IMG/VR virus record: IMGVR_UViG_3300027513_000011
Location: 1-64,000 of that record
Strand: one strand, 5' to 3'
Length of the DNA: 64,000 bases
Source: a virus
Lineage: Duplodnaviria; Heunggongvirae; Uroviricota; Caudoviricetes
Shown here one piece after another: positions 1 to 8,621 of this stretch (its first letter is position 1; each line of letters opens with the position of its first letter). The notes under the pieces were generated by a model. The model ran no database searches. It worked only from the letters and a program-made list of their open reading frames with translations, and had not been told where the DNA came from. Both the position numbers and the translations under genes were made by a program.

Positions 1-254
1 TGACCCGCCCATGACTCTACGGTGGTGTTAACGATCTCCGCCACGAGTCCGCTGGCCGATTCCCGCACCGCGTCCCGCCCCTGGTCCGCCACCGTCGCGA
101 ACTCTAGGCGTCGCTCATTGTTCACAATGCCGGCACCGTAGAGCGCGAGCCCGAGCTCTGCCAGGTTATCTATGGCCACTATCGCCGCATCCCGCACAGT
201 GTCGGCAACGAGATCCGCCGTTTCGCTGGCACTAGTTAGATCAACTGTCCGCAT
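1..254 (-). CDS. hypothetical protein, partial (runs off window start)
   Basis: minus-strand ATG near 254 preceded by AAGGAGGG RBS; open frame to window edge; missing from ORF track because no stop lies in window. Confidence 0.4.
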   Translation of the reverse strand, partial: MRTVDLTSASETADLVADTVRDAAIVAIDNLAELGLALYGAGIVNNERRLEFATVADQGRDAVRESASGLVAEIVNTTVESWAG

Positions 255-336
255 TGCCCGCCCTCCTTCGTAACGTACAGTTTCCATTGTACCATAGAAT
301 CCGGCCGGCGCCTAGGGGAACCTCCCGCACAGTGAG

Positions 337-384
337 CCCTAGCGCGGGAACGTCCCGCGGGTACCTTGCTCCCCGCGGGACGTT
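337..384 (-). terminator. GC-rich hairpin (14-bp stem GGGAACGTCCCGCGGG / CCCGCGGGACGTTC), putative terminator ending leftward operon
   Basis: perfect inverted repeat directly downstream of stop of minus gene 417..626; a TACAAT -10-like box follows on minus strand before the next gene. Confidence 0.4.
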
Positions 385-416
385 CGGCCGGCGCCGTTGT
401 CAAGTAATAGCGGGCA

Positions 417-626
417 TCAGTGCCGCCACGCCGAGTAGTACCAGCGGGCACGAAGGTGGGTGCGGAGGTTGCGTAGGGTGAATCGGCACTCGTCGGGCCA
501 GTGTGGACCGATCCACTTCGCCTGCCAGCAACCACCAGGGCAGGGCCAGGTGATCTCGGGCAGTCGTGCTGATTGCTCCGTCTCCCGGATCGCCCTTGCG
601 ATTTCTTCGTAGTGCTTCCTGCTCAT
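417..626 (-). CDS. hypothetical protein (70 aa)
   Basis: internal ATG with GGAGGA RBS; abuts upstream gene stop at 629. Confidence 0.4.
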   Translation of the reverse strand: MSRKHYEEIARAIRETEQSARLPEITWPCPGGCWQAKWIGPHWPDECRFTLRNLRTHLRARWYYSAWRH

Positions 627-628
627 TG

Positions 629-841
629 TCACGCGATCCTCCTCACCGCCAAGTAGCCTTGGCGCCTGATCGTAGCCTTCAGCCCTGCCATGAGCTCTAC
701 CGCGTCTCCCGGTAGCACGTCTCCGATGGGTTCGCCGGCATCCTGCCAGTCTGCCCACGGGTCGCTCGCCGTGTCGAATACCTTGTCGCGGTTCCTCCTC
801 TGTACCCTCAGGTCTAGGTCAGTCTGCCGATTGTCGAGCAT
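629..841 (-). CDS. hypothetical protein (70 aa)
   Basis: ORF track; end-to-end packing in leftward operon. Confidence 0.4.
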   Translation of the reverse strand: MLDNRQTDLDLRVQRRNRDKVFDTASDPWADWQDAGEPIGDVLPGDAVELMAGLKATIRRQGYLAVRRIA

Positions 842-1161
842 TACTCCATCCTCTCTGTGATGTATTCCCTAGCCGCCGTTACCATCTCTGCGATGGTCGA
901 CCAGTAGCTATCTTCGTAGGCGTCTGCGAGCTCTTCCCTCTCTAGGTCAATCCCTAGCTGGGACGAGATCTCGGGGATACTCTCCCCCGCCCATTCTCCC
1001 GACAACGGGTCGCGGAGATCCGTTGTGTCGATCTCGGCAACCTCCGATGTGGTCAGGTAGGCGAGCTCGCCGGCAGCCTTGTCCCTACCTGCCTCTTGTG
1101 CGATGCTCTTGTGCGTCCGTGCCATTCTCTCCTCCTCCTCTGTCCAGTGCCTAGGTGACAC
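841..1161 (-). CDS. hypothetical acidic protein (106 aa)
   Basis: ORF track; protein-like composition; 1-nt overlap with downstream gene. Confidence 0.45.
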   Translation of the reverse strand: MSPRHWTEEEERMARTHKSIAQEAGRDKAAGELAYLTTSEVAEIDTTDLRDPLSGEWAGESIPEISSQLGIDLEREELADAYEDSYWSTIAEMVTAAREYITERME

Positions 1162-1207
1162 TGTGGACGGTACCTACCCTGTGAGCTGGTACCGTCCCCA
1201 CTATCGC

Positions 1208-1432
1208 CTAGAAGTCAATGTCAATACATGCCCGACCGATGCCGGTGACCTTGACCCATTGACCCCCGTAGTGGTCACAGTCGGCCTCGTTGATGCCCAA
1301 CATCACCACCGTATCCCCTGCTGAAGCCTCGAAGCCTTGGCCCTCCCGGGTGATGATGAGGTTACCGTCACACCCCGTTAGTGTGGCGGCCAGTAGTGCG
1401 GCTGCGATCGTTGCCTTGAGCGTGCGCCTCAT
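1208..1432 (-). CDS. putative lipoprotein (signal peptide MRRTLKATIAAALLAATLTGC, lipobox LTGC)
   Basis: internal ATG preceded by AAAGGGG; classic lipoprotein signal with positive n-region, hydrophobic core and L-T-G-C lipobox. Confidence 0.5.
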   Translation of the reverse strand: MRRTLKATIAAALLAATLTGCDGNLIITREGQGFEASAGDTVVMLGINEADCDHYGGQWVKVTGIGRACIDIDF

Positions 1433-1559
1433 GTTGGCCCCTTTGCTAGGTAGCGTCTTGAGTGAGGGGAGCGGTTCTAGTCCGTCTGTGCCCTCGGTGC
1501 TGTTCTCCATGCCGCCAACCTATCACCCTATCCTCATTCTGTCAAGCTTTATCTTTGCA

Positions 1560-1890
1560 TGGCGGGGGATATGGGTCGCCCGACCTATGGGCCACACTTA
1601 GGGACGATGTTTAACGATACCTAACGTTAGGTGTGGTGTGGTACCGGGTGATGGTGGGAGAGTGACACCTAACCTCTACCTGGCGAGCTCGCCTACTCTC
1701 TCCCCTTACCCGTGGCCTACCCTTACCCTCAACAGCTAGGGCCGGCGTGAGGCGACACCCCTACCCTTCCCTACCCTTGGCGAAATCGGGCGTGATGGGC
1801 CGATAGCTTCAACGACTACGCGGTGGGGCGTGGGGAGACATGGGCTTAGCCCCACACTACGTCTCTACTACCGATTGAGGGTGTACTACA
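1560..1890. promoter_or_regulatory. 330-bp noncoding region with 14-bp perfect palindrome ACCTAACGTTAGGT (~1619..1632), ACCTAAC half-site (~1668), three copies of CCTACCCTT (~1716, 1760, 1770) and palindrome GGGCTTAGCCC
   Basis: no plausible ORF; repeats and palindromes read directly; lies between two minus-strand genes. Confidence 0.35.
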
Positions 1891-2158
1891 CTTGCTCATC
1901 ATCTTCGAGGCTGTGAGTCGCCGTTCCTGGCGTGCTTGGCCAGATTCCTTGCATCATGCGCTGGGATGAGTCGACCTCACTGGGAAACTCGAAATCAGGC
2001 GTGAGGGTGCCCTCCACTACCAGTAGCGTGTCGGAGATGGTGGTGCCGATGATCGAGTCCAAATCCCACCCACCGGGCATGTTCTCCCACTTGGCAAGCA
2101 GGGCGGCATGGAGGCGTGTTATCTCTGCCCAAGTCAGGCCGGCAGTTCCGTCACTCAT
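1886..2158 (-). CDS. hypothetical protein (90 aa)
   Basis: internal ATG (MSDGTAGL..) 5 nt before stop of upstream gene; coupled. Confidence 0.4.
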   Translation of the reverse strand: MSDGTAGLTWAEITRLHAALLAKWENMPGGWDLDSIIGTTISDTLLVVEGTLTPDFEFPSEVDSSQRMMQGIWPSTPGTATHSLEDDEQV

Positions 2159-2384
2159 CCAACTCACCCAACCCTGCAAGTCGTTCCGATTCGGCAAGCA
2201 GCGTATCACCAACGTCGCACCTGTGACCTTGCGAGGAGCACGGTTCGTCGCAATAGGAGCAATGCCAACCGATGCAATCACCGAACGTCCCGTCAGTGCG
2301 GAAAAACCGACGAGTGCAGATCATGGACGTGCAGCCACGCTTGCCCTGGTAGGCGAGGGGGCCAATCACGGTAAACTCATCCAT
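2151..2384 (-). CDS. hypothetical Cys-rich protein (77 aa)
   Basis: ORF track; start shares 1 nt with stop of upstream gene. Confidence 0.35.
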   Translation of the reverse strand: MDEFTVIGPLAYQGKRGCTSMICTRRFFRTDGTFGDCIGWHCSYCDEPCSSQGHRCDVGDTLLAESERLAGLGELDE

Positions 2385-2608
2385 CAGCGAGGTTTTGCGC
2401 TGGCCTGCCGCCTACGATCAAGCTCAGCGACCAACTCATCTTCCGTCATGTGCTCATACCTGTGCTTGTAGCACTTGCAGTCGGCGCACAACGCACCGAA
2501 CCCGCACGACTCGCAGCGACCTTTTGACAACATAAACCCTCCGGGACAGACGTCCATGTGGCCTGGGCCTTCAAGACGGTCCAAACATTCGCGGCATGTG
2601 AAGGCCAT
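2384..2608 (-). CDS. zinc-ribbon-like Cys-rich protein (74 aa; CxxC..CxxC..CxxC)
   Basis: paired CxxC motifs; coupled to neighbours. Confidence 0.4.
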   Translation of the reverse strand: MAFTCRECLDRLEGPGHMDVCPGGFMLSKGRCESCGFGALCADCKCYKHRYEHMTEDELVAELDRRRQASAKPR

Positions 2609-2943
2609 CAGGCCCCATCCTCCAATTCCCTTCTTCGCACCCAGTCAGGGACATCTCCATCAGCGAAGGCCGGCGACGAGCTGCGGTCCTCTATTGGAAC
2701 GATGCGGATATCAAATCGGTAACCGAGGCCCCAAGCAAGGTCAGATAGATCCCTGAGCGTGAGACTCCGCCGACCTGAGAGAAGAAGGCTGACGTGACTG
2801 GCGGTGTCACCGATGCGCTTGGCGAGTTCCTTGTGGGTAATGCCCGTGCTCGCCAAAATCCCCTCGATGTCCGTGGTGACCTGGCTTACGATTAACTCGC
2901 GCTCTAGCTCTCTGTTGTAGTACATCATGGGGATCCCTGTCAC
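2608..2943 (-). CDS. helix-turn-helix DNA-binding protein (XRE-like)
   Basis: HTH-like segment ITHKELAKRIGDTASHVSLLLSGRRSLTLRDL. Confidence 0.5.
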   Translation of the reverse strand: MTGIPMMYYNRELERELIVSQVTTDIEGILASTGITHKELAKRIGDTASHVSLLLSGRRSLTLRDLSDLAWGLGYRFDIRIVPIEDRSSSPAFADGDVPDWVRRRELEDGA

Positions 2944-3117
2944 CTTACCATGTCGCCCGGTGCTGGATATGGCGAACCAACGCGGCTTGGCGGCGCTTCA
3001 GGGTCCAGCGGTACATGGCGGGATCCTCTCGCCAGCGGTAAAGGTATTCGTGGTGGCGGGCGACCGATGACTGCTCGATGCGGGCTCGGAGCTGGATCTG
3101 GCGCAGGGTGCCGGCCT

Positions 3118-3486
3118 TCACGGTTTCACGCCCACCCAGTCCGGCGCGTCAGCCTCGATCTTGACCTCCCGAGGCCCCTTGCTCCACCCAGAGGAGTCGT
3201 CTGGGAATGGGGTGAGAACGGTGCGTGTCTCTGGGGGCGGAAGGCTCTTCTCGGCCTCGTACCTTGCTAGTGACGCGGCCTCCATCTCCAGTTCCAATTC
3301 GCGGAGGCGAGCCCACTCTCCGCAATGAACGAAGGATCCGTCGCTGAACTGGACACCGACCGGGCTGCCCCATCCGTTCTCGCTCATGCTCAAGGCGGTG
3401 CGGGCAGCCTCGTACTCATCATCGCAGAGCTCGAAAATGATGCTGTAATAGTGGTAGTACCAGACGGCGCAGGTGGGTTCAGTCAT
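3118..3486 (-). CDS. hypothetical protein (122 aa)
   Basis: internal ATG (MTEPTCAVWYYHYY) giving ATGA overlap with upstream gene. Confidence 0.4.
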   Translation of the reverse strand: MTEPTCAVWYYHYYSIIFELCDDEYEAARTALSMSENGWGSPVGVQFSDGSFVHCGEWARLRELELEMEAASLARYEAEKSLPPPETRTVLTPFPDDSSGWSKGPREVKIEADAPDWVGVKP

Positions 3487-3719
3487 CACTCCTCCTCGTC
3501 TACGATCTCGACAGGCTCCCCAATCTGGGAGGACATGAATTCGGGCATGGAGCATTCTTCTGGCGTGTAGTCTGGGCCATGATCGCACCTTGCCTCCAGG
3601 GCCTCCCACTGGTTCTCGACCAACTCTGCGACGAACTCGCGGGCCTCCTCAGCGGTGGCGAACGGACCCATCGCCCAGGACACCGAGATGTCCCAATACC
3701 TCTCATTCATGCCCGTCAT
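3486..3719 (-). CDS. hypothetical acidic protein (~77 aa)
   Basis: ORF track start is TTG at 3746; first ATG at 3719 chosen; start uncertain. Confidence 0.4.
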   Translation of the reverse strand: MTGMNERYWDISVSWAMGPFATAEEAREFVAELVENQWEALEARCDHGPDYTPEECSMPEFMSSQIGEPVEIVDEEE

Positions 3720-3738
3720 CGTACTACAGTTCAACCCC

Positions 3739-3771
3739 TTGCACAAGTGTATTACGCCTGCTATACTGGCC
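3739..3771 (+). promoter_or_regulatory. sigma-70-like promoter TTGCAC-N17-TATACT
   Basis: hexamers read directly upstream of AAAGGAA RBS and ATG ~3791. Confidence 0.3.
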
Positions 3772-3790
3772 TCCGACAGAAAGGAACCTC

Positions 3791-3901
3791 ATGGAAGCCA
3801 TCATTGTGTCCGCCCTCGTGGGTGCTGCCGTGTTCGCCGCCGCTGTGGCGGGATATGTGGTAGCTGAAAAGGAATGTCAGAACCGGACGGAGGCAGGATG
3901 A
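3791..3901 (+). CDS. small membrane peptide (36 aa, one TM helix)
   Basis: ATG with AAAGGAA RBS; hydrophobic helix; stop overlaps ATG of next gene (ATGA); below 60-aa ORF-track cutoff. Confidence 0.3.
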   Translation: MEAIIVSALVGAAVFAAAVAGYVVAEKECQNRTEAG

Positions 3902-4215
3902 ACTCGATTCGCCGTTTTCTCAACAAGAGCCCTGACGGGCAGTTTGGGACGGCTACTGCGGCCGTTTACGTTTCCCACGACGATGATGACGGGACCGTCG
4001 ATATTGTTGAACTGGCCATCACTAACAATGGCGAGAAGGTCAGCTTCAGTCTCTGGAAGGGCTACTCCAACGGTGTTGCGTATATCGCCAAGGAGGGCGG
4101 TTCCATTGACGACTCCCCTCTTAGCGAGGCTCAAGTCGATGCGATGGAGATGATTACCAATCTGCGCGGGATCCTACAGGCGTTTGAGATCGCGGTGGGG
4201 GAACTGACCCCCTAG
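3898..4215 (+). CDS. hypothetical protein (105 aa)
   Basis: ORF track 3874..4215; internal ATG at 3898 coupled to upstream small ORF; plus-strand islet inside leftward operon. Confidence 0.45.
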   Translation: MNSIRRFLNKSPDGQFGTATAAVYVSHDDDDGTVDIVELAITNNGEKVSFSLWKGYSNGVAYIAKEGGSIDDSPLSEAQVDAMEMITNLRGILQAFEIAVGELTP

Positions 4216-5495
4216 CGGGACCAGGAAAGGTGCTTAACCGGCCCTTGGGGGTCGAACTGTGCCCCTATTTCCCCCACATACAGGGCTGCGGTCCTTCTGG
4301 ACCCCCTACCTGCGACCAAACTGGGTGTTCTGCGGTGCTGAACCAGGCTGGGGATCGGGTACCATGTCAGGATCTTCTTAGACTGGAAGTAGCGCGATAT
4401 CCGTAGGTCGTAGTTGTCCTCACGGCGCTTGTCCCCGAACGCGACCATCTCCTCGATGTGGGCGGTGGGGACGACAATGCCGACACCCCAGTTCACCCCC
4501 GGCATCGTGAACCAGGAAGGCAGTGCGCCCCCCCTCAACTTCCGCGACAGGGCACGGCCGGCGTAGAGGCACAATGGGGAGTCGGGGGGCGGGATCTGGA
4601 TGGCCTCTTTGACGAGCTCGATGAAGTTGGGCGGGATAACGGCGTCGTCCTGGAGAACGAGATGGTGGGTGGAGAACTCGTCGTAGGCGAGCATGGAGCG
4701 CCGGCCCGTATCCCAGCGGTTGTTGATCTGATCCCACACGATCGGGCCAACGATGTCCTGGCGGGCCAGCTCATCCACCAGATCTGACACCATCTCCTCG
4801 CGCTTTGGGTGCGCCATGATGCTGATGGATAGAGTCGCCGGCTTCGCCACCGAGTAGCACCATGTATCGGTCTTGCCGAACCTGCCCCGGAGCTCGTAAC
4901 CGTAGGGGGCGAGGAAGTCGTCTACGCGGGTACGGGCCTCGGCGGTGGACGCCTCGATGTAGAGCAGCGGTTGGTACATCTCCAGAATCCGCCGCGCCCC
5001 GGTGAGGACAGGGATCTCGCCGCCCTCAACGTCGATCTTGACGAGAGTGATAGGTTCCCGATAGTCGATCAGGTCATCTATGGCGTACTGGCTGATGTCG
5101 CCTCCTGGCTCGCAGTACGCCATCCCCGAGTTGGTGGGGTTGGGTGAGATCACCTTGACGCTACCGGGTCCGGCCCCCGCCGCGTATGGGAGCGGTATCA
5201 CCCGCGTAGCTAGTTTCACGTTGAACCCAAGGTTCATGTTCAACTGCTTGAAGGATTCCTCACTCGGTTCGAGGGCAACCACCTTGTAGCCCAGCGCCGC
5301 CAGCCAGAGGGTGTGGTTGCCGATGTGCGCTCCCACATCAATCGCCGTCCCCACCACGCCCCGCTTCTCAATATCGGACAGCAGGTCGAACTCGTACCAG
5401 TTGCGATTCTTGATGATGACCCGAGAGATGTGGTCTTGCGGGTTGCTCAGGTTGAAAGTGACCAGACCCGAGGGTGAGTTGAGGGCAACCTTCAC
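4212..5495 (-). CDS. FkbM-family SAM methyltransferase fused to a GT-A-like glycosyltransferase-like domain
   Basis: N-terminal IDVGAHIGNHTLWLAALGY...LVKIDVEGGE resembles FkbM (Methyltransf_21); C-terminal half has LVLQDD DxD-like motif; GTGA-coupled GTG start at ~5495. Confidence 0.55.
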   Translation of the reverse strand: MKVALNSPSGLVTFNLSNPQDHISRVIIKNRNWYEFDLLSDIEKRGVVGTAIDVGAHIGNHTLWLAALGYKVVALEPSEESFKQLNMNLGFNVKLATRVIPLPYAAGAGPGSVKVISPNPTNSGMAYCEPGGDISQYAIDDLIDYREPITLVKIDVEGGEIPVLTGARRILEMYQPLLYIEASTAEARTRVDDFLAPYGYELRGRFGKTDTWCYSVAKPATLSISIMAHPKREEMVSDLVDELARQDIVGPIVWDQINNRWDTGRRSMLAYDEFSTHHLVLQDDAVIPPNFIELVKEAIQIPPPDSPLCLYAGRALSRKLRGGALPSWFTMPGVNWGVGIVVPTAHIEEMVAFGDKRREDNYDLRISRYFQSKKILTWYPIPSLVQHRRTPSLVAGRGSRRTAALYVGEIGAQFDPQGPVKHLSWSR

Positions 5496-5713
5496 TTGTC
5501 GTCCTCGGGGGAGTAGAAGGCCACCCAATCGCTGAACTCTGGAGGAATAACCTTCGGGGCATCCTCCAGACCCTTCTCGATGTTCTTGCGCATCTGTCTC
5601 CTGCCGAATCGCGAACCGACCCAGAACCAGAAGATGGTGAAAATGAGGTCGTGGACGACATGTGACCACGGCCCCATCGTGTTGAAGTCAAACAAGCCGT
5701 TCATTTCGTTCAT
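5492..5713 (-). CDS. small membrane protein (73 aa)
   Basis: hydrophobic helix LIFTIFWFWVG; coupled to neighbours. Confidence 0.4.
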   Translation of the reverse strand: MNEMNGLFDFNTMGPWSHVVHDLIFTIFWFWVGSRFGRRQMRKNIEKGLEDAPKVIPPEFSDWVAFYSPEDDK

Positions 5714-6306
5714 GGGTCAAGATAGAATACTGCTAGGCGATCTGCAAGCACTCCGTACGGTAGCCCGCTCTGTGCAGAGAACTTGTCAACGACCCGCCGT
5801 ACCCCAGGGTTACGCGGGGTGTCGAAGTCGTCAAAAGCTACCACCCCCGTATCCGCCATGTGGGGGAGCCAAGCATCAAGATCAGCTTGGACCGACTGCT
5901 GGGAGTGGTCACCGTCAATGAACAGCATCCCCACAGGATACCCGTACATGTCGGGCCAGCGTTTACCGACCTCAGCTCCGAACCCCTGAATCGCCGTGAT
6001 CTGGAACCTGACCCCCGCCATGTTGATCTGCCTGTAGAACGCCTGCTTCACCTTCGGGTCGGTGAACCCGTGCTTGCCGGACACATTGCCTGGTGCATCC
6101 CAAGGCTCCACGGCGAACACATGGGCGCCTAGCCCGTACTTGGCCCCGTTGGCGAGGTAGCTGGTGGACTTACCCTTGTACGACCCGATCTCAACGATAG
6201 GGGTGGTTGGGGGGATCGTGGCGGCGAGGCGCGCCAGTTCCCGGCCCTCGTCCTCGGGGATTAGGCCGGAGAGGCCGGCTAGGAGGATCCAGTCAGGCTC
6301 GGTCAT
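5710..6306 (-). CDS. class I SAM-dependent O-methyltransferase (TylF/CmcI/macrocin O-MT-like)
   Basis: IVEIGSYKGKSTSYLA SAM-binding and LFIDGDH motifs typical of TylF/CmcI family. Confidence 0.65.
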   Translation of the reverse strand: MTEPDWILLAGLSGLIPEDEGRELARLAATIPPTTPIVEIGSYKGKSTSYLANGAKYGLGAHVFAVEPWDAPGNVSGKHGFTDPKVKQAFYRQINMAGVRFQITAIQGFGAEVGKRWPDMYGYPVGMLFIDGDHSQQSVQADLDAWLPHMADTGVVAFDDFDTPRNPGVRRVVDKFSAQSGLPYGVLADRLAVFYLDP

Positions 6307-6607
6307 TGGGGTTCGTGTCAGAGAAATTGGAAGCCTCTACAATCCCGGTGCCCAATCCGTAGCACCAGCCGCCACCATCTGCAAAGTCGCAGATCAGGTA
6401 ACGGGAAACCGGATTCCAGCCCCATCTGGCCGAAGCGATCAGGAACCAACTGGGAGTACGACCATAGTTGTGAACCCGACCCCATTTACCTACAACGGAT
6501 TCGGCGTCCTCAATGGTTAGCCCATCGGCTTGCTTCACCTGTAGGCGCGGGTGTGATCCAGATAGATATTGATATACGCCCTTCCATAGATTAATCAGTG
6601 CCTCCAT
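6293..6607 (-). CDS. hypothetical protein (104 aa)
   Basis: ORF track; operon packing. Confidence 0.4.
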   Translation of the reverse strand: MEALINLWKGVYQYLSGSHPRLQVKQADGLTIEDAESVVGKWGRVHNYGRTPSWFLIASARWGWNPVSRYLICDFADGGGWCYGLGTGIVEASNFSDTNPNDRA

Positions 6608-6610
6608 GGC

Positions 6611-6817
6611 TCAGTCACCTATCACTTCAATTGTCGGCTCGAAGTTCCACTCCCAAACCAAGTCGCGGACCCCGACACTTTCAAGAAGCTCCTGCACTTC
6701 CTTAACGGTAAGGGACTCGGGATCCCTCGGCGTGGGGAACCAACCAGCGACCTCCCGTGCGGGAAATGACTCCTCAAAGATGAGTGAGATGAGGAATGAA
6801 TCAGCCATCAACGGCAC
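6611..6817 (-). CDS. hypothetical protein (68 aa)
   Basis: ORF track. Confidence 0.35.
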   Translation of the reverse strand: MPLMADSFLISLIFEESFPAREVAGWFPTPRDPESLTVKEVQELLESVGVRDLVWEWNFEPTIEVIGD

Positions 6818-7058
6818 CCCTTACTCCTAGATACACGGCTATTTCCTTTGGCGTCCATAGCTTCTCTCCTCGGAAGTACCAGCCGCACCCGCGCCAGATG
6901 TGGCCGTAATCCCAGTGAACGTGAACGGGGTCAGCCGTTGGATCCTCCTTCGGGCTGCAAGGGTGGATAGGCCATACCTTCCCGTCACCATCTTCCATTC
7001 CGGGGTGGTGACATTCCCATGACGCGAATGCTTCCCTTTTCTCTGGGTATTCATCCAC
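6801..7058 (-). CDS. hypothetical His/Trp-rich protein (85 aa)
   Basis: ORF track. Confidence 0.35.
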   Translation of the reverse strand: MDEYPEKREAFASWECHHPGMEDGDGKVWPIHPCSPKEDPTADPVHVHWDYGHIWRGCGWYFRGEKLWTPKEIAVYLGVRGAVDG

Positions 7059-7239
7059 GGCGGTTCTTCCTTTCGATCCAAGGGGGGTGCAACACGTAGT
7101 AGGGCCAAATAAGAACGCTGATAATGGTACTCCTCACGTCGGTCGCCACCCACGCGGCGACGACCCCGCCCATGACAAGATAGGCCCACAGGCCCCAGAT
7201 GACCGATCCCATCATTTCCGTTTCCTCCTGTTGTTCCAT
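7051..7239 (-). CDS. small membrane protein (62 aa)
   Basis: hydrophobic helices WGLWAYLVMGGVVAAWV. Confidence 0.35.
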   Translation of the reverse strand: MEQQEETEMMGSVIWGLWAYLVMGGVVAAWVATDVRSTIISVLIWPYYVLHPPWIERKNRRG

Positions 7240-7829
7240 AGATGCACGGCGTATGCGTTCGGGTGCTTGTCGCCTTCCCGCTCCAGCTCATTCCACAGGT
7301 ACGGGAAGAAGTACTGCTTGGGCCACAGCATGAACCTATCGGCACCCAACAGGAACGGTGTTATGTACTGTGGACCGGACTTCACGGTGTTCGAGCCCGG
7401 CATCATCGACCTCTCCCCCAGACCCATGATGATGTCCCGCATCACGCCGTAACCTAGCCGGGAGGCGAGGATGGCATTGCTAGCCCACTTCCCCGGTACC
7501 TCCCACGCCGCCCAGCCGTCCGCGTCGACCATCAACGGGTCGATCGGCTTCTGAGGCTTGAAATCCATGTCCACCCACACGCCGCCGTACTGGTGCAGGA
7601 TCTCGTAGCGGGCGATGTCAGAGCGGTATTGATGGGGTTCCTTGGGGTTGATCTCCTCGGCGTTCGCCCAAAGGTGCCAGTTGTTGAGCCCCATGCGCTC
7701 AATGCTTCGCTCGTCCCACCACATGTACTCCCAGTTCGGGTGCAGGGTTTTCCACGCCGCCCGGTAGCCGAGGTATTCGATAGGGATTTCCGACCCTATC
7801 CACATCTGATGGATGATCTTGGGTATCAC
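7212..7829 (-). CDS. glycosyltransferase, GT32-like (Och1-type DXD sugar-binding region)
   Basis: PKIIHQMWIG N-terminal motif and RSDIARYEILHQYGGVWVDMD DXD region characteristic of Gly_transf_sug/GT32. Confidence 0.65.
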   Translation of the reverse strand: MIPKIIHQMWIGSEIPIEYLGYRAAWKTLHPNWEYMWWDERSIERMGLNNWHLWANAEEINPKEPHQYRSDIARYEILHQYGGVWVDMDFKPQKPIDPLMVDADGWAAWEVPGKWASNAILASRLGYGVMRDIIMGLGERSMMPGSNTVKSGPQYITPFLLGADRFMLWPKQYFFPYLWNELEREGDKHPNAYAVHLWNNRRKRK

Positions 7830-8191
7830 GGCAACTGCTCCGGGAATCCTTGCAACGCTGACACAGCGTTGAACTTCCTAGCCACGGCCAACGCCAAGTC
7901 GATGCCGTAATACGTCGCCAGAAGGTCTAGGTAGCAGAGAGTGTCAGCTATCTCGTTGGCGAGGTCGTCCAGCAGCTTCGTTCTGTCGGGGTCGAGGGGA
8001 CCGACCAGGTTCACGTCGGCGCGTCGGATCTTCTTGACCACGTTGCAGGTTTCCCCGGCTTCGCCGGCCATCGCGTTCGACCAGTCGGCACCGGACCAGC
8101 CGGACGGACCGGGTTCGGGGAACCCAGGGTGCCATCGCTCGCATCGGGAGCGATTCACTTCGGAGAAGTGAGCGAATGTGAGATCGGTCAT
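7826..8191 (-). CDS. MazG-like nucleoside triphosphate pyrophosphohydrolase
   Basis: EVNRSRCERW...AMAGEAGETCNVVKK matches MazG EExxE/AGExGE pattern; internal ATG gives ATGA overlap with upstream gene. Confidence 0.5.
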   Translation of the reverse strand: MTDLTFAHFSEVNRSRCERWHPGFPEPGPSGWSGADWSNAMAGEAGETCNVVKKIRRADVNLVGPLDPDRTKLLDDLANEIADTLCYLDLLATYYGIDLALAVARKFNAVSALQGFPEQLP

Positions 8192-8415
8192 CGGTGTGCC
8201 TTCCATGCAGCCAGTGATTTCGAGAGATTGACCAACGATCTGTCCAAGTCCCATGACAGCTTCCATCTGGCTTCGGAACACGGGTTCTTTTCCGGCTCGC
8301 ACAACCTCGGAGCGCCGCGGACGCCGTGGTTAGGGCAAGTCCATAGATAGGCGGGAGATTCGCTGTCGAGCCATTCACGGGCCTCAGCGGTGGTGACTTG
8401 GTTGGGGTGGGACAT
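8188..8415 (-). CDS. hypothetical protein (75 aa)
   Basis: ORF track; coupled. Confidence 0.35.
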   Translation of the reverse strand: MSHPNQVTTAEAREWLDSESPAYLWTCPNHGVRGAPRLCEPEKNPCSEARWKLSWDLDRSLVNLSKSLAAWKAHR

Positions 8416-8621
8416 TATGGGCAGACCACCGTAAGGTTCTCCGAGTAGCCGGTGCGAATGGTATGGAGACGTGCCCCATGATCCTCACAGACGATGACGA
8501 TGGGGGGCGGGGTGTCGTGGGGTTCCTCTGTGACCCCCATCCAATATCCGAACGAGAACACGGCGATGGCTATGACGAGACGGACAACGAAGATAAAAAG
8601 GCCGTTCAATGTGTCGCTCAT
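8415..8621 (-). CDS. small membrane protein (68 aa)
   Basis: TM helix LFIFVVRLVIAIAVFSFGYW. Confidence 0.35.
   Translation of the reverse strand: MSDTLNGLFIFVVRLVIAIAVFSFGYWMGVTEEPHDTPPPIVIVCEDHGARLHTIRTGYSENLTVVCP

Noticed and set aside
236-535. ORF-track entries 236..535(-) and 254..481(+)
   Set aside because: They overlap the hairpin/promoter region and have Arg/Pro/Gly-rich junk-like translations. The real gene is the partial minus-strand CDS 1..254 with a strong RBS.
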